From Podarcis bocagei (Eukaryota), in the NCBI GenBank assembly GCA_964188305.1, contig OZ076885.1: a stretch of 64,000 bases of DNA. One strand, 5' to 3'. Positions 42,300-54,749 of the stretch are shown in pieces. Every line of letters begins with the position of its first letter. Within the stretch, counting starts at the first letter, position 1. Under the pieces are notes generated by a model that searched no databases, was not told where the DNA came from, and saw only the letters and a list, made by a program, of their open reading frames with translations. Both the position numbers and the translations under genes were made by a program.

Positions 42300-42859
42300 C
42301 TGTAATAGGGGAGGAAAAAATGGTTAATGTCCATCTCTGTCAAGGTGGGAAACAACTTGAGTAAGCAAAACCGAATCATATGATAAAATAAGATAAAATT
42401 AGCGTTTACAGTGCTTAACCCTTCAGAGCATGATCACAAAAGACTCATGCACATCAACAGGACAAATGAAGAAGCCTAAAACACTTACTGATGGCAAGCA
42501 TAGCCTCTATTTTTCCAGGAGGCTTAGGAAAGGTTAGGAAACGTGTGTGTGTTTGTGTTTGTGTGTGTGTTTGTGTGTGTGATGGTGGACAGGAATGTGG
42601 AATGAGTCACACTTTTTCTTTTTGTGCTTCCCTGTGAAGAGATGCATGTACTGTTTCTGCATCTGCAGCTCATACATCAGGTTGTAGTGGAATTGTTAGT
42701 GGAGTGTTGTAGTGTGAGTTCCCCACAGAACATTGCCCCAGAAGCTCAAAAAGAGGAAGCATGACTCACTTGCAATTTCTCTCCATGACTTGTAAAGGGT
42801 AAAAATCTCCTTCATTTATAAGCAGCTTTAGGATTGGAATTGATAAGCTTTACCTAGAC

Positions 42860-42996
42860 CAGGTATGGGAAAACTGGGCCCTCCAGATATTGCTGGACTC
42901 CAACTCTCATCAGCCCCAAACACCATGGTCAATAGTGAGAGATTATGGGAGTTGTAGTTCAACAATATCTGGAGGGCCACAGCTTTCCTATATGCC
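42860..42996. mobile_element. Palindromic hAT MITE, older related copy
   Basis: ccctccagatattgctggact...agttcaacaatatctggagggcc. Confidence 0.75.
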
Positions 42997-43699
42997 TTTT
43001 TAGAAACCATGAGTGCAAGCCTATGTGCACATTCACTCGGATGCAAGCTCCATTGAATTTTAATGACATCAGAAGATTCTAAGTCACTCTGTAATAAAAA
43101 AAGCAAAGTGTCAACACCAAGAATGAACAAAAACATGTGTTCCTTTGGCAAGCTTGATTATAAGTTTAAATATTCAATTTGATGTTAATAGGATTTAAAG
43201 AACAAGTAGTTTTGTGTACTGCACACATCCCTGTAAATTCTGAAAAGAGAAGTGTTATTCTTTAAGATTTTGCTAATTGTACAAGCAGTGGAAGTTGATG
43301 TTTTTGTATGACAGAGTTGGTTGGATCCAATCTTCTAAAGTTCTGAATGCATTTTTTTTGAGGGAGCTATTAGTTACTTAGCTAATACAGAGTGAAAAAG
43401 AACTGAAGAAAAATGATTTTTTTTTTAGTCTCTACCAATTTTTTCCCCAAACACATCACATTGGAAGCAGTTATAGAAAAAATAATACTACATGATACAT
43501 GAATATTCTTGTTACAGGGTCCACAGTTTTAGCACTAATTGAAGAAAATGAGAAATACCAATTCCAAAGAACATTCTGCAAAGCTTTTAAGCGGCATGCA
43601 AAGTATAGGCAGGCGCATGCATCGCAATGTACACATTTGCACAAAAACATAATATGTGCACCCAGCTTTGCTATTCACCATGAGGGAACACTGCAGTGG

Positions 43700-43796
43700 T
43701 TACAGCTGCAGAAGAAACCCTTGTCTGTACACTGCAGCACTGCCTTCAAAAACCTTTCTGTTTATGTTGGGGATGACAGATGACGAAGGAATAGGG
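43700..43796 (-). CDS. USH1C: USH1C alternative exon ~27 (b-type C-terminus) ending in TAA
   Basis: (I)PIPSSSVIPNINRKVFEGSAAVYRQGFLLQL*, resembles human b3 ...RKLLEDRAAVHRHGFLLQL; phase compatible with exon 26. Confidence 0.85.
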
Positions 43797-45339
43797 CTAA
43801 ATATATAGGATATGAAAACACACAATAAGTATGGAAGTTACTCCTCTGCTTGCTTGCACTCCTCAATGTCTCAACTAATAACTACTAACACCAGCTATTT
43901 TGAAACTACCCAAGCTTTACAGCTTGTTTTGTAGGCTGTATTTTTTGGTTTGTGAATACTATGGACAGGGCTTGGTCAGTGGTGGTACCACAGTTGTAGA
44001 ATGCCCTTTCTACTGAAATCCAACAAATTCATTTCCTTCTAAGTTTGGGCAGGTGGTTAACACTTTTTTATTATTTAGAAAGCCTTTTTATTGCTTAACT
44101 TCTGGCTGTTTGAATAGTCTCTGCTGCTGCTGTTATTCTTCTACTTCTGCTGTTTTATTGATTCCCCCATTTGTGGAGATGGTTTCTCATTAAGCTAGAG
44201 ATATGCATTGGAGGCAGAAACAAATTTCCATATGCATTGGAATTAGGCTGATCATTTCAGGCTGCCATTAGAGCAGTTAAGTATTATAAAATATCCAGGT
44301 TTCATTAAGGATGTTTAATAATACATGGTAGATAATTTGTTGAATGACAAAAAAATTAGGATGATTTCATGGGTTTTAGGCCATTTAAAACTTTAACTTC
44401 TTGCCATTCCCTTAGTAGCCCTGATAAGCAATCAAGCTCTCTGCGTACAGCAACTCACTGCTAGGTCCTACTAAATATTTGGTCACAATTGTGTTCTATA
44501 AGGTTCCAAGGATCCTCAGAGCTCCAGCTTGTGTTTTCCTGTCAGAAACTGCCTAATGGGATCTTCACCACTTAGGCTTAGGTCTCCTTCTCATTACTTG
44601 ACTTATAAAATAGCTTATTTTCTGAAGTGAAGCACTTGCTACCTAAGATACTTGGTGTAATAATGACCCCCATCCCCAACCCTTGCACATCTCTTCCGCC
44701 ACCCCTGGTGAAAATCAATCAATATCCACCCAGGACTCGGCTACATTGGTAAAGAAAATACGCTTTATACGTGTTGTTTATGCATTCTAACACTGTGACA
44801 CCAGATGGCTCTGTGGAGCTCTATTTTTGCTAACCCAATTTCTCATACAAAGTTTGCAACGCATTTAACTGAAACACTTCTTGATGTGTCTAGAATCCAG
44901 CCCCATTCTCCCTTCCTCTCTCCCTCCCCTCCCACTTTCTCCACTGCTGCTGCATTCTGCCTTTTATGCAGATGCTGGGAGCGGGAGGTGGGTCTTTCAG
45001 TGTTGCTGCTGTCCTGTTGCATCACTTCCAGGATAATTGTTTCTTCATCTGGTCAGGCCAGGAAAGAGAAGGTAAGCAGCAATGAAGGCAGCAACAGCTT
45101 CCACATCCTCCTGACAATTCTTCACCCTAGGCCTATTTTAAAAAAACATTTCCCTAGGTTCTAAATTGCTTAGCATTTAATCTGCTTTTGTTGACACCCC
45201 TTCATTTCGTTGACATTCTTCTTAAAATGTGGTCACTAATGTTTGAGCCTACATCTAAGGACTCTAGCTGAAGTCAAATAAGAGAGACGTCTAGTTTATT
45301 TCTGTGAACTAATATATAACTATAGAAGTGAAACCTTAC

Positions 45340-45395
45340 ATTTCATCATCATATTCCTTGGGAGGAGACACAGCAATGACCAAATCAATCCAATC
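45340..45395 (-). CDS. USH1C: USH1C exon ~26 (56 nt)
   Basis: DWIDLVIAVSPPKEYDDE; cag/GTAAGG. Confidence 0.96.
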
Positions 45396-46193
45396 CTGCA
45401 AGAGAAAAGTTGCATAAATATTAAATCTAAATCACCAGTGGCTAATCAGGATAAAGTCAAATGCAGTTAATACTCTTTCACTATGTGCATTTTTCGATAT
45501 GGCAGGCAACACACCTAAGCTTCATGCCTGTTAACATAAAGGAAGCAAGTAACGTAGAGCCACAAGCCAGCTCTAATATTCAGGCTTCCAACCCACCCAA
45601 TATCAATGGAAAATCTTGCCAGATGAACATAAACTTTATGTGCCTATCTATTTTTTAAAATTGCTCTCAGAAACCTATCTAATGTCAGTATTGACCTAAT
45701 GTCAGTATTTACCGGTATGTATGGCTATTATTCTATGTTTATTGTACTAGGTCTGTACCAAATGTTTGTGCAGTTCCAACAGTAGGATTTTCCTCCAAGA
45801 AAATATTAGGAAGATTGCTGCTCTAATATATATATATTCACACACATATATTATATATGCATATGTATGTGATATATACACATCATGATCAAGCTGTACT
45901 TTAAACCAATGTCTATCTGGTCTGTATATATTATGTAAGAATCTGATTACTTGGCATGCAATTCTTCAGACAACATTTTAAAATGAAATGATATTACTCT
46001 TTGTCCAGTATTTTCTTACTGCTTGTTTTTGCACACTGGATGGTGTAGAAACGGCTGGTCAAAAGACCACTGGATGCAGAATAAGTGCTGCTCTGCCAGC
46101 ACAGAGGGGGGCCTAATTGGTGGGCAGCACTTATGCCACCAGGGCCCCCGTACACCTGTGGAAAGCTCCATGGCCAAAGATAACCAATACAAT

Positions 46194-46218
46194 TACTACT
46201 ACTACTACTACTACTACT
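46194..46218. repeat. (TAC)n microsatellite
   Basis: Seen directly. Confidence 0.9.
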
Positions 46219-46710
46219 GCCACTGCTAATTTATTATTTATATGCCTTCCATCTGACTAGGTTGCCCCAGCCACTCTGGGTACCTTCCAACAAATTAAAA
46301 CACAGTAAGTGTTCCTAAGTACCCAACAGCCACCCATTGGTGGTGTTCTGTTAGCAACATGCATGTGTGGAAATGGGGCATTCAGGGTGTGTGTGTGTGT
46401 CAGGATGGTTGAAGACCCACAAGACACAACTCCTTCCCTAAATCTCAATGTGCTAATAGCATCCATGTTCAGTAATGAAGTTGTGTATTACTATGTATTG
46501 TATAACACAATTGCTTAAGTTTATAATACATTTTCCAGTGTGGGATCCCTAGACCTTCTTCACTTCTATTTCATGATAGGGCACATATGTTGTTTTTAAC
46601 TTTATGTTTACCAATACTTTTGAAAATTATCTACTGTTTTTCATAAGGAGAGCAGGAAACATGAATATCTGATATGTAAAATGTAGATCAGGAAATACAG
46701 GCTAACTTAC

Positions 46711-46820
46711 CCCACCCATGTTCCAGGCTTTTGCAAGAGTCGCCTGAGCTTCATCCAGTTTAACATCCAACAATATCTTGCCATTCACAGCCATGATTTC
46801 ATCCCCTTTCACAATGCCTC
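46711..46820 (-). CDS. USH1C: USH1C exon ~25 (110 nt, PDZ3)
   Basis: [36 protein letters not shown]. Confidence 0.97.
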
Positions 46821-48062
46821 CTGAAAAAGAAAATACAAAGCAAATGAACAAGAACATTTCTGGCTTAATTACAGAAGCATTTACTACTCAGCAATGTGGA
46901 AGATCAAACTAGAGAATTTAATGAAGGCAGCAATTTTGGGTAGGGGAAACTATGCCATACCATACCAAAATAATGTTACAGGATCGGGGGGCTGATGCCT
47001 GTGGATCCCAACCAAGTCTGTGATTAAGTATCTATAATATTCTAGTGTACACTAGAAGGAACTGCTAAATTGTTTAAACCAGTTTGCTAAGTTAATGGCC
47101 CTAGCTTGGCCTGTAAGCATTCTATCGGCATGGCTAAATAGTTGGCCATGTTGCTATGTAAGCAAGTAGCTGGTGATACCTTTCCAGGAATAGTAATGTT
47201 CCCCTCCCATTACCTGGCTAGATGCCGTGTCATCTTGGGGGGTAGGAGAACAATAGGCTAGGGAGCTTTTAAGCTGAAAACTTTAAAAGAGCCACAGAGG
47301 CTTGATTTGCTCTGTGTGCTGAATCCAAAGCAGTGCTGCCGAGTTGCGCCCAACATTGGGGTGTGTGTGTGTGTGTGAGCGTTGCGTGTGCATGATGTCA
47401 CATGAACAATGCCCCCCCATCCACCCAGGCCAACACAGCCCACCATCCTCCACCTACCCACTGCCAGCTGTCTTACCTTGTGTAAGGGATATGTGGGGCA
47501 AAGATGCTTTGCCCTGCACGTTCCCGGCAGAGACCACCAACGCACCTTTAGCCAAATTCACACAGGGCTGACTTGGGGAGGGTGGCGTGAGCAGTGTGCC
47601 CCCCACCCAAAGTGCACCCAGGGCAATCGCCCTGGTTTCAGCCCCCACACTACACTCCTGATGAGAAGGCATATAATTTTTGCCAATTCCCCCCTCTCTG
47701 TTAAAGCCCTACGAATCATCTTCAGAGAGTTGGTGAACCCTCTGGAACAGCATGGGTGGTGGCATGGGGAGAAGGTTGCAGAAGCAGAGGGAAATTTGTA
47801 AAAATAGCTTCCCTCCCCACTGTAAAAAGAGAAAGCCTCAGTTCCTTCAGCAGAGGAATGCTACTGAATACAAACACAACTATTAACAAAGTATTTATAC
47901 ATTTCCAACAAGTAAATAATAGATATCTGCCTCAAGAATTCCATTGCTTAAAAATGAGCTTTGTAAGGTTTGAAAGATTGCAAAAAAATGTCAGCGTAAC
48001 TGTTTAATCAAATGAGTGACATGATTTCATCTTTTCTCTTGTTCTCGATCAAAGCTACCCAC

Positions 48063-48162
48063 CATGCTTGTCTGCAGCACCACCTTCATAAATAGCAGAA
48101 ACCACTATTTTTCCAATTGGTGAATTGATGCCTCCTTCTACTGCAAGATCTAATGATCCTTC
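48063..48162 (-). CDS. USH1C: USH1C exon ~24 (100 nt, PDZ3)
   Basis: [33 protein letters not shown]. Confidence 0.97.
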
Positions 48163-48511
48163 CTGTTAAGAAAAATGTAATTCAGAAAAGATGAAAGAAA
48201 AGCACCTTTGTGAAAAGGAACGTATTGTTCAGCCTTTAAGAGTTTTCAGAAGTAAAGCCAGTATCTACTTAAATAAATAAACAAATCAATAGCACTGATG
48301 GAAGTGGTTTTTGGGCATGGGCCAAATCCTTCAATAACATCTGGTGTTGGGAGAAGAAATTTTGGGTCATTCAGTGTGAGAGAGTGACTGTTGAACTTCA
48401 TCACCAGCAAGTTTCATTTTAAAACGAGCACTGGTGCCACATTGCATATCCCAACAAAGAAACTGCCTCCTAAAGTTTTACCAGTTATCATTCTTCCATC
48501 ACAAACATTAC

Positions 48512-48565
48512 CTTCTTTATGCGCAGAAGTCGCACATCTTTCCCCATAATCTGATCAGGTGAAAA
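48512..48565 (-). CDS. USH1C: USH1C exon ~23 (54 nt, start of PDZ3)
   Basis: FSPDQIMGKDVRLLRIKK. Confidence 0.96.
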
Positions 48566-48597
48566 CTAGCAGAAAATCAAGAAACACGAGTTAGTCA

Positions 48598-49150
48598 TCA
48601 AAATTAAAAGACGCCTGCTTCTTGAGAGAAAAGCAATGACAAACCTAGGCAGCATCTTAAAAAGCAGAGACATCACCTTGCTGACAAAGGTCTGTATAGT
48701 TAAAGCTATGGTTTTCCCAGTAGTGATGTATGGAAGTGAAAGCTGGACCATAAAGAAGGCTGATCGCCGAAGAATTGATGCTTTTGAATTATGGTGCTGG
48801 AGGAGACTCTTGAGAGTCCTGTGGACTGCAAGAAGATCAAACCTATCCATTCTTAAGGAAATCAGCCCTGAGTGCTCACTGGAAGGACAGATCCTGAAGC
48901 TGAGGCTCCAATACTTTGGCCACATCATGAGAAGAGAAGACTCCCTGGAAAAGACCCTGATGTTGAAAAAGATTGAGGGCACAAGGAGAAGGGGACGACA
49001 GAGGACAAAATGGTTGGATGGTGTTCTTGAAGCTACCAACATGAGTTTGACCAAACTGCAGGAGGCAGTGGAAGACAGGAGTGCCTGGTGTGCTCTGTTC
49101 CATGGGGTCACAAAGAGTCGGACACGACTAAATGACTAAACAACAACAAC
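48598..49150 (+). mobile_element. Bov-B (RTE) LINE, 5'-truncated 3' fragment
   Basis: ORF 48636-49139 is the Bov-B C-terminus (KAMVFPVVMYGSESWTIKKADRRRIDAFELWCWRRLLRV...); (CAA)n tail. Confidence 0.95.
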
Positions 49151-49325
49151 TTTTTCAAATGCAAAAGACAAATTACTTAATGTGAAGCATGCATCTTAAA
49201 ACAGAATGTAGGCACTTCTAGATATAATCAATGCAGAACATGCCCTTTGTAGGTCTCTGCATTAGTTTCTGCCTTAGTTCAGAAAGCTAAAAATGGTACC
49301 TGTGTCAAAAGGCAGCGCAAAGCAT

Positions 49326-49811
49326 GTTGTTGTTATTGTTGGACCAGAGCACGCCAGGCACTCCTGTCTTCCACTGCCTCCCGCAGTTTGGTCAAACTCA
49401 TGCTGGTAGCTTCGAGAACACTGTCCAACCATCTCGTCCTCTGTCGTCCCCTTCTCCTTGTGCCCTCCATCTTTCCTAACATCAGGGTCTTTTCCAGGGA
49501 GTCTTCTCTTCTCATGAGATGGCCAAAGCTTCACGATCTGTCCTTCCAGTGAGCACTCAGGGCTGATTTCCTTAAGAATGGATAGGTTTGATCTTCTTGC
49601 AGTCCACAGGACTCTCAAGAGTCTCCTCCAGCACCATAATTCAAAAGCATCAATTATTCGGCGATCAGCCTTCTTTATGGTCCAGCTTTCACTTCCATAC
49701 ATCACTACTGGGAAAACCATAGCTTTTACTATACGGACCTTTGTTGGCAAGGTGATTTCTCTACTCTTTAAGATGCTATCTAGGTTTGTCATTGCTTTTC
49801 TCCCAAGAAAA
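49326..49811 (-). mobile_element. Bov-B (RTE) LINE 3' fragment, inverted relative to the neighbouring copy
   Basis: Same protein motifs on the minus strand, (CAA)n tail, TSD gcaaagcat at 49317-49325 and 49812-49820. Confidence 0.95.
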
Positions 49812-49861
49812 GCAAAGCATAAGAGATATCAAATGGCCTATACTAGTAAACGTCTCCTTAC

Positions 49862-49903
49862 CATTGTGTAGGGATCAAAGTCTTCCACATACTTCTGGAA
49901 GCC
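49862..49903 (-). CDS. USH1C: USH1C exon ~22 (42 nt)
   Basis: GFQKYVEDFDPYTM; cag/GTAAGG. Confidence 0.93.
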
Positions 49904-52190
49904 CTGCAAATAAAACTGGTAATCAAATACATGCATAGGAAACAGTAAATGGGGAGAGGGTGCTCCTAGATGAGCAAAGCCAGAAAAGAAATGAGATGGT
50001 GACATATCAGACAGTTTGTTAACGTTCCTCCTGACAGTCAGAAGACATACAGAGAGATTCCAACTGTTTAGGATGTAATAGTCAAATAAAATTGTTCTAG
50101 AGAAGTTTCCTTAGTCTTAGCTATTGACAGGTTACTTTTGTCTATGGATAGTGAAGGCTACATGCAGATGACGTATTTTGCTGAACTCCACTAGCATAAT
50201 TAAGGGAGAGTTGCAGGCTCTCGGCAGAGGTTCAGCAATATACGGAAGGAGTAAAGCTAAGATGGAACTGGCAAGTTGGCTGCTACAAAGCAGAAAAACA
50301 AAATAAAGAAGAAAACATTCCTTTAAAGTTTTTATTTAATTGAACATGCATCCACATTCATCTCTTCAGTGCATGCATAACTTTTTAACTGCCTGTCTAA
50401 AGCAAATCCAGCTCATTTTACTGCACATCAAGACTGCTCCTCTTAAACAACAGGGGGGGGGGTGGTGAGACTGTATGGCTTTGGTTGTCTTCTGGTCTAA
50501 CCTTGTCTAGAATCCATGTGCCCGTTTCACACACATCTAACACTGATCCACAATGGACATGCTTACATGTATTAAAATCAAGCACATATACCAGTGATTA
50601 ACTCACCCTAGTGGGATGATAAGCATGATAAATAGGATGGTAAACACATTGGGATAGTCCTATTTTATTAATTTCAGTGTAGTTTTAGGCATGTCAAACC
50701 TTCTCATTGTTGACCCCGCTCCCTTTATTAACTCATTTGGGCCAGTTTTAGATTTCTGGTTTCAGGGATCACAGATTCTAAATTTGTTGTTTGGGGAATA
50801 GCTATGTTCACAAAGCACTTTACTTGCAAATAGTACAACTCTGACATAATATGGTTTATAAAAATGAATTCTGTAAAGAAGATAAAAATGAAAGTGATCT
50901 GGGCAGTCTTTATATATTAGAAAGAAATATTCTGAACAAATGTCTTAGAACTGGGAGTTGTAATTTGAGTGGAACCACTGATTCATGGTGTGATTTAAAG
51001 CAAATCACTTCATCTTCCTTAACCTCAGTGTCAGTTTCATAACAAACAGATGTTGTCCCTGAAGAATACTTTCCTGGGAAAATATGTTTTAAGAAAGAGT
51101 AAATACAATACCTTTAAACAAACACAGGCTGGATCCAATAAACAAATCATTACCACTCCAGAATAAACACTGTGAAATGCATTTAGTGTTTCTGGGAAAA
51201 GTGTCACCAAACTGTTTTCATTGTGTACTACTAACAGGTGCACAACCACTGGGCATTGCTACATTAAAATTTAAATTGCAGATCTGGTACTGTACTTCTG
51301 CCTCATGGTGAAAGGAGAGAACATTAGCAGACTGGTTCCAAGTAGGAAGGCAACAACTTTATTCTCATATTTTAAAACCACATCATTTGGCCCTGTGAGT
51401 TTGTTTGTTTTAATAAACCAAAACAAATAATCAGCATGGGTAGGGTGGGGGAAAGCAAGGTCAGGACTGTGGAGTGGGGGAAGAGGTGCTTTAACCCTTT
51501 GCCAAATCAGGGCCAATAAAGCTCCCATTGATGTCTTAAAATATCATCAGTATTTTTAGTGCTTGTAATTAGAACCAAACTACACAAGGTGTTTTTCATG
51601 TACTTTGGCCTTTAGTGCAAACTTTTTTCTTTCACTAATTACCACTGTAGGGATCCCCAGTCCAGACTGGTACTTTGGTGCAGGGTTTGGGGGCCGTTAA
51701 GCTTTATCCTGCAGCTCTAGTCCCAACCTGGACTGGGCCTCTCTTCACCCGCAATCTGTATCAGGGCATGGAGCTCCCATTTGTTTAAATTGGAGCTTTT
51801 TCTCCCAATGCAAATTGCAGGTGCAGGGGCTCTGATCAGAACTACAGAAGGGGGCAAAGGGTTGGATGCCACATCATGGTCTTAACGCGTAATCCTCCCC
51901 AGAGTGGTGATTTGTGATAGAAGCAGCTTTCACTTGGGAACAAACTACATGATAAACATTATGTATGACCCCTAGTTTCTTAATATGCTAGCAGGAGTTG
52001 GATGCATTCATCAAGAGAGTATAAAGCTTGACTAAGATAATAATCTTAATCCATTATTATTTTAGAAAGCTATACTGTGTCCTTATTCCAAATGACAACG
52101 GGGGGGGGGGATAAAGAGAGGGAGAATGCTAGTATCAAAGCACAACTGAAACACCAAAATGCCACACAAACAAAGAAATTGTTATTTTAC

Positions 52191-52253
52191 TTGTTTTTTG
52201 TTATTTTTAAATGATGAATTGTAAACCACCATCCTTTTAAACATTTCTTGAGG
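52191..52253 (-). CDS. USH1C: USH1C exon ~21 (b-specific, 63 nt)
   Basis: PQEMFKRMVVYNSSFKNNKKQ; cag/GTAAAA. Confidence 0.88.
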
Positions 52254-53029
52254 CTGAAAAAAAGATAGAAACAAATTGCCAAGTGTGCAATTAGTTATCC
52301 TACAAATACATCAACAAGAGCAAGGCTACTTTTGTACATGTACAAACTTCTTCTGCATTGAAGGCACAGTTAACTATATGTTGTATCATGGATCAGTTGC
52401 ACTTCAAATAGACACTGCCTATCTGGACTATCTGGACTCCCTCTCACAGAAGGAGAGGGAATAAGATGTGGAAATGAGAGGCAATGAAGGGATAGTTAAA
52501 TAGTTAGGATAACTTAAGGAGACGACTCAGCTGTGTTAGGTTAAGATACTAGAACTTATTTTAGTACCCTATAAAAATTACAACTACTTCTAGGTATTGC
52601 TTTTTATAGATAAATATGTTTACTGTTTTAACTGTGTTCTGGCCTGGCTGGATTATAAAGGTCAGTATCTCTCATCCCATATATCCTGTGTGGATATACT
52701 CAGTTAAGTGTACAGGAGAAGAGTCCTATGGTCTCTTAACTCACTAGGGATTGACAGCAGGTAGGTATTGTGAAGACTATTAATGGAAAGCAGTAGCTGA
52801 GTGGCTGATCTATTTGACCTCCAGGGGCCAGGGTCTTGTAAGAAACCCTAGGAATGCCATCCATTTTAAGAGCTTAAGATCTGTCACACATCACAATATA
52901 TCTGACATGTTCAGTTTTCATTCTGAGTTAGAACTCAGAAGGAATGGTGGGCACCAATCGTGAGCAGATCACTTGACATGCAATACCCAACACACTTGCA
53001 GCATGCAAATTATATAGGATTAATCTTAC

Positions 53030-53149
53030 CAGGGCTTCTGATTTGATTGCTGGTCTGACCATGATATTGTGGTCAGGATGCAGCATGACAGGTTTGGAGA
53101 CTATAGGTACAGCTGGGCGACGCAGGGCAGGAGGGCTTGGAGAAAACTG
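53030..53149 (-). CDS. USH1C: USH1C exon ~20 (b-specific, 120 or 117 nt)
   Basis: (Q)FSPSPPALRRPAVPIVSKPVMLHPDHNIMVRPAIKSEAL; tagCAG acceptor, donor GTAAGA. Confidence 0.93.
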
Positions 53150-54409
53150 CTATGGAGGTGCAATTTAAGAATATTACAGAAAACACCTGTGTGTTTCACG
53201 CATTCTAAATGTAATTCAGATACTTCATCAACTTCTATCAAGTCCCATGAAACTCATACGAAGGTAACCCACACCACCCACAATACCAACCAATGCACTA
53301 TAGGGGTGGGGTGGCGATGGGCGTGGGTGGGGAATTTTATAGTTGGAACAACAATTTAAGCACCAAGCAATACTAGACTCAGGGCCATTTGGATACTTCA
53401 TTTAGAATGCTTGCTTTTCCACTGATAGCTAGGACCATAAAACTAGGCATTTCATAAATAAAGCAATTCGTTTCTTCTGAGATCTGAAAGTCTTATGGTA
53501 TTATGTTGGAAGGCTATCACATTTTCTTTATTTATTAAATATATATATATCACATACCAATGGGCTGCCTGATGCAGACGACATTTTGCTGAGGTGACTT
53601 GTATTTCGTGCAACCTAAATGACAACAGGTTTCATATGGGGTATGATGACTTATGGTTTTGACATACCACACAACCAATAATCATTTGAAAAACAAATTG
53701 GCTTATGACAGAAAGAAGAATAACATGTGGGTGACAAGATATGTACTTCTTTTGAAGCAAGCGTGACAACCTTCAGATATTTTGACCCTTCAAAGAGCTG
53801 TCTTACTTTAAAACAGGATAAAAAAATTATAATGATAGATAACTTTCTCGTTTTAAATATTCTTAGCCCTTTATGGGTTTCCTCAACCCTTTTGTATTAA
53901 TTAAAACAGCAATACTGTACAGTTAACTAAGATTAAACCCTGCTGAACTCAATGTGGTTCAACTACATATATGTGTATAGGATTGTGCCATATATTAAAG
54001 TGGTCAATGACTAATACATTCCTTCCTTCATTGAAACAAGCATGCAAATATTTGTGAACACATACTAATCCCTACAATATGATTTAAAGCACTCTTATCT
54101 TATTTATAAACACTGAAATCAACTTATGAAACAGAAACAAGCTAAACTATTAAAAACATGAACACTAGCATTTCCACCTGGATGGAGAACTGGTATTAAA
54201 ATCTTCATGTACGAAAACCAGAAACCAGAGAAAGCCTTTTGAAGCAACAAAGCATCACAAGCAGACAGAAAGAACATGCAGTTTGGGAGGACCAAGGATG
54301 GTCTTTGGTAGAAATCTGCAAAGAAGGTGCACCATTAGAGATCCCCATTGTGGTTAACAGATAGTAGAGTGCAGAGTGAGCTATCAGTAGCTCAACAGCA
54401 AATTTAGTA

Positions 54410-54749
54410 AAAAGGTAAAGATAAAGGGACCCCTGATTGTTAAGTCCAGTCGTGGACGACTCTGGGGTTGTGGTGCTCATATCGCTTTACTGGCCAAGGG
54501 AGCCGGTGTTTTGTCTGTAAACAGTTTTCCGGGTCATGTGGCCAGCATGATTAAGCCACTTCTGGCGAACCAGAGAAGCACACGGAAATGCCGTTGACCT
54601 TCCTGCTGGTTTATCTACTTGCACTTTGACGGGTGGCGGTGTGGTCTAAACCACTGAGCCTAGGGATTGCCAATCAGAAGGTTGGTGGTTTGAATCTCTG
54701 CGATGGAGTGAGCTCCCGTTGCTTGGTCCCAGCTCCTGCCAACCTAGCA
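54410..54749. mobile_element. Sauria SINE with an inverted 5' segment
   Basis: 3' body on minus (54410-54630), tRNA-like head on plus (54628-54749), one 13-bp TSD agcaaatttagta flanking both. Confidence 0.9.

Noticed and set aside
48566-49871. 160-180 aa ORFs as host genes
   Set aside because: They are Bov-B ORF fragments and their antisense frames
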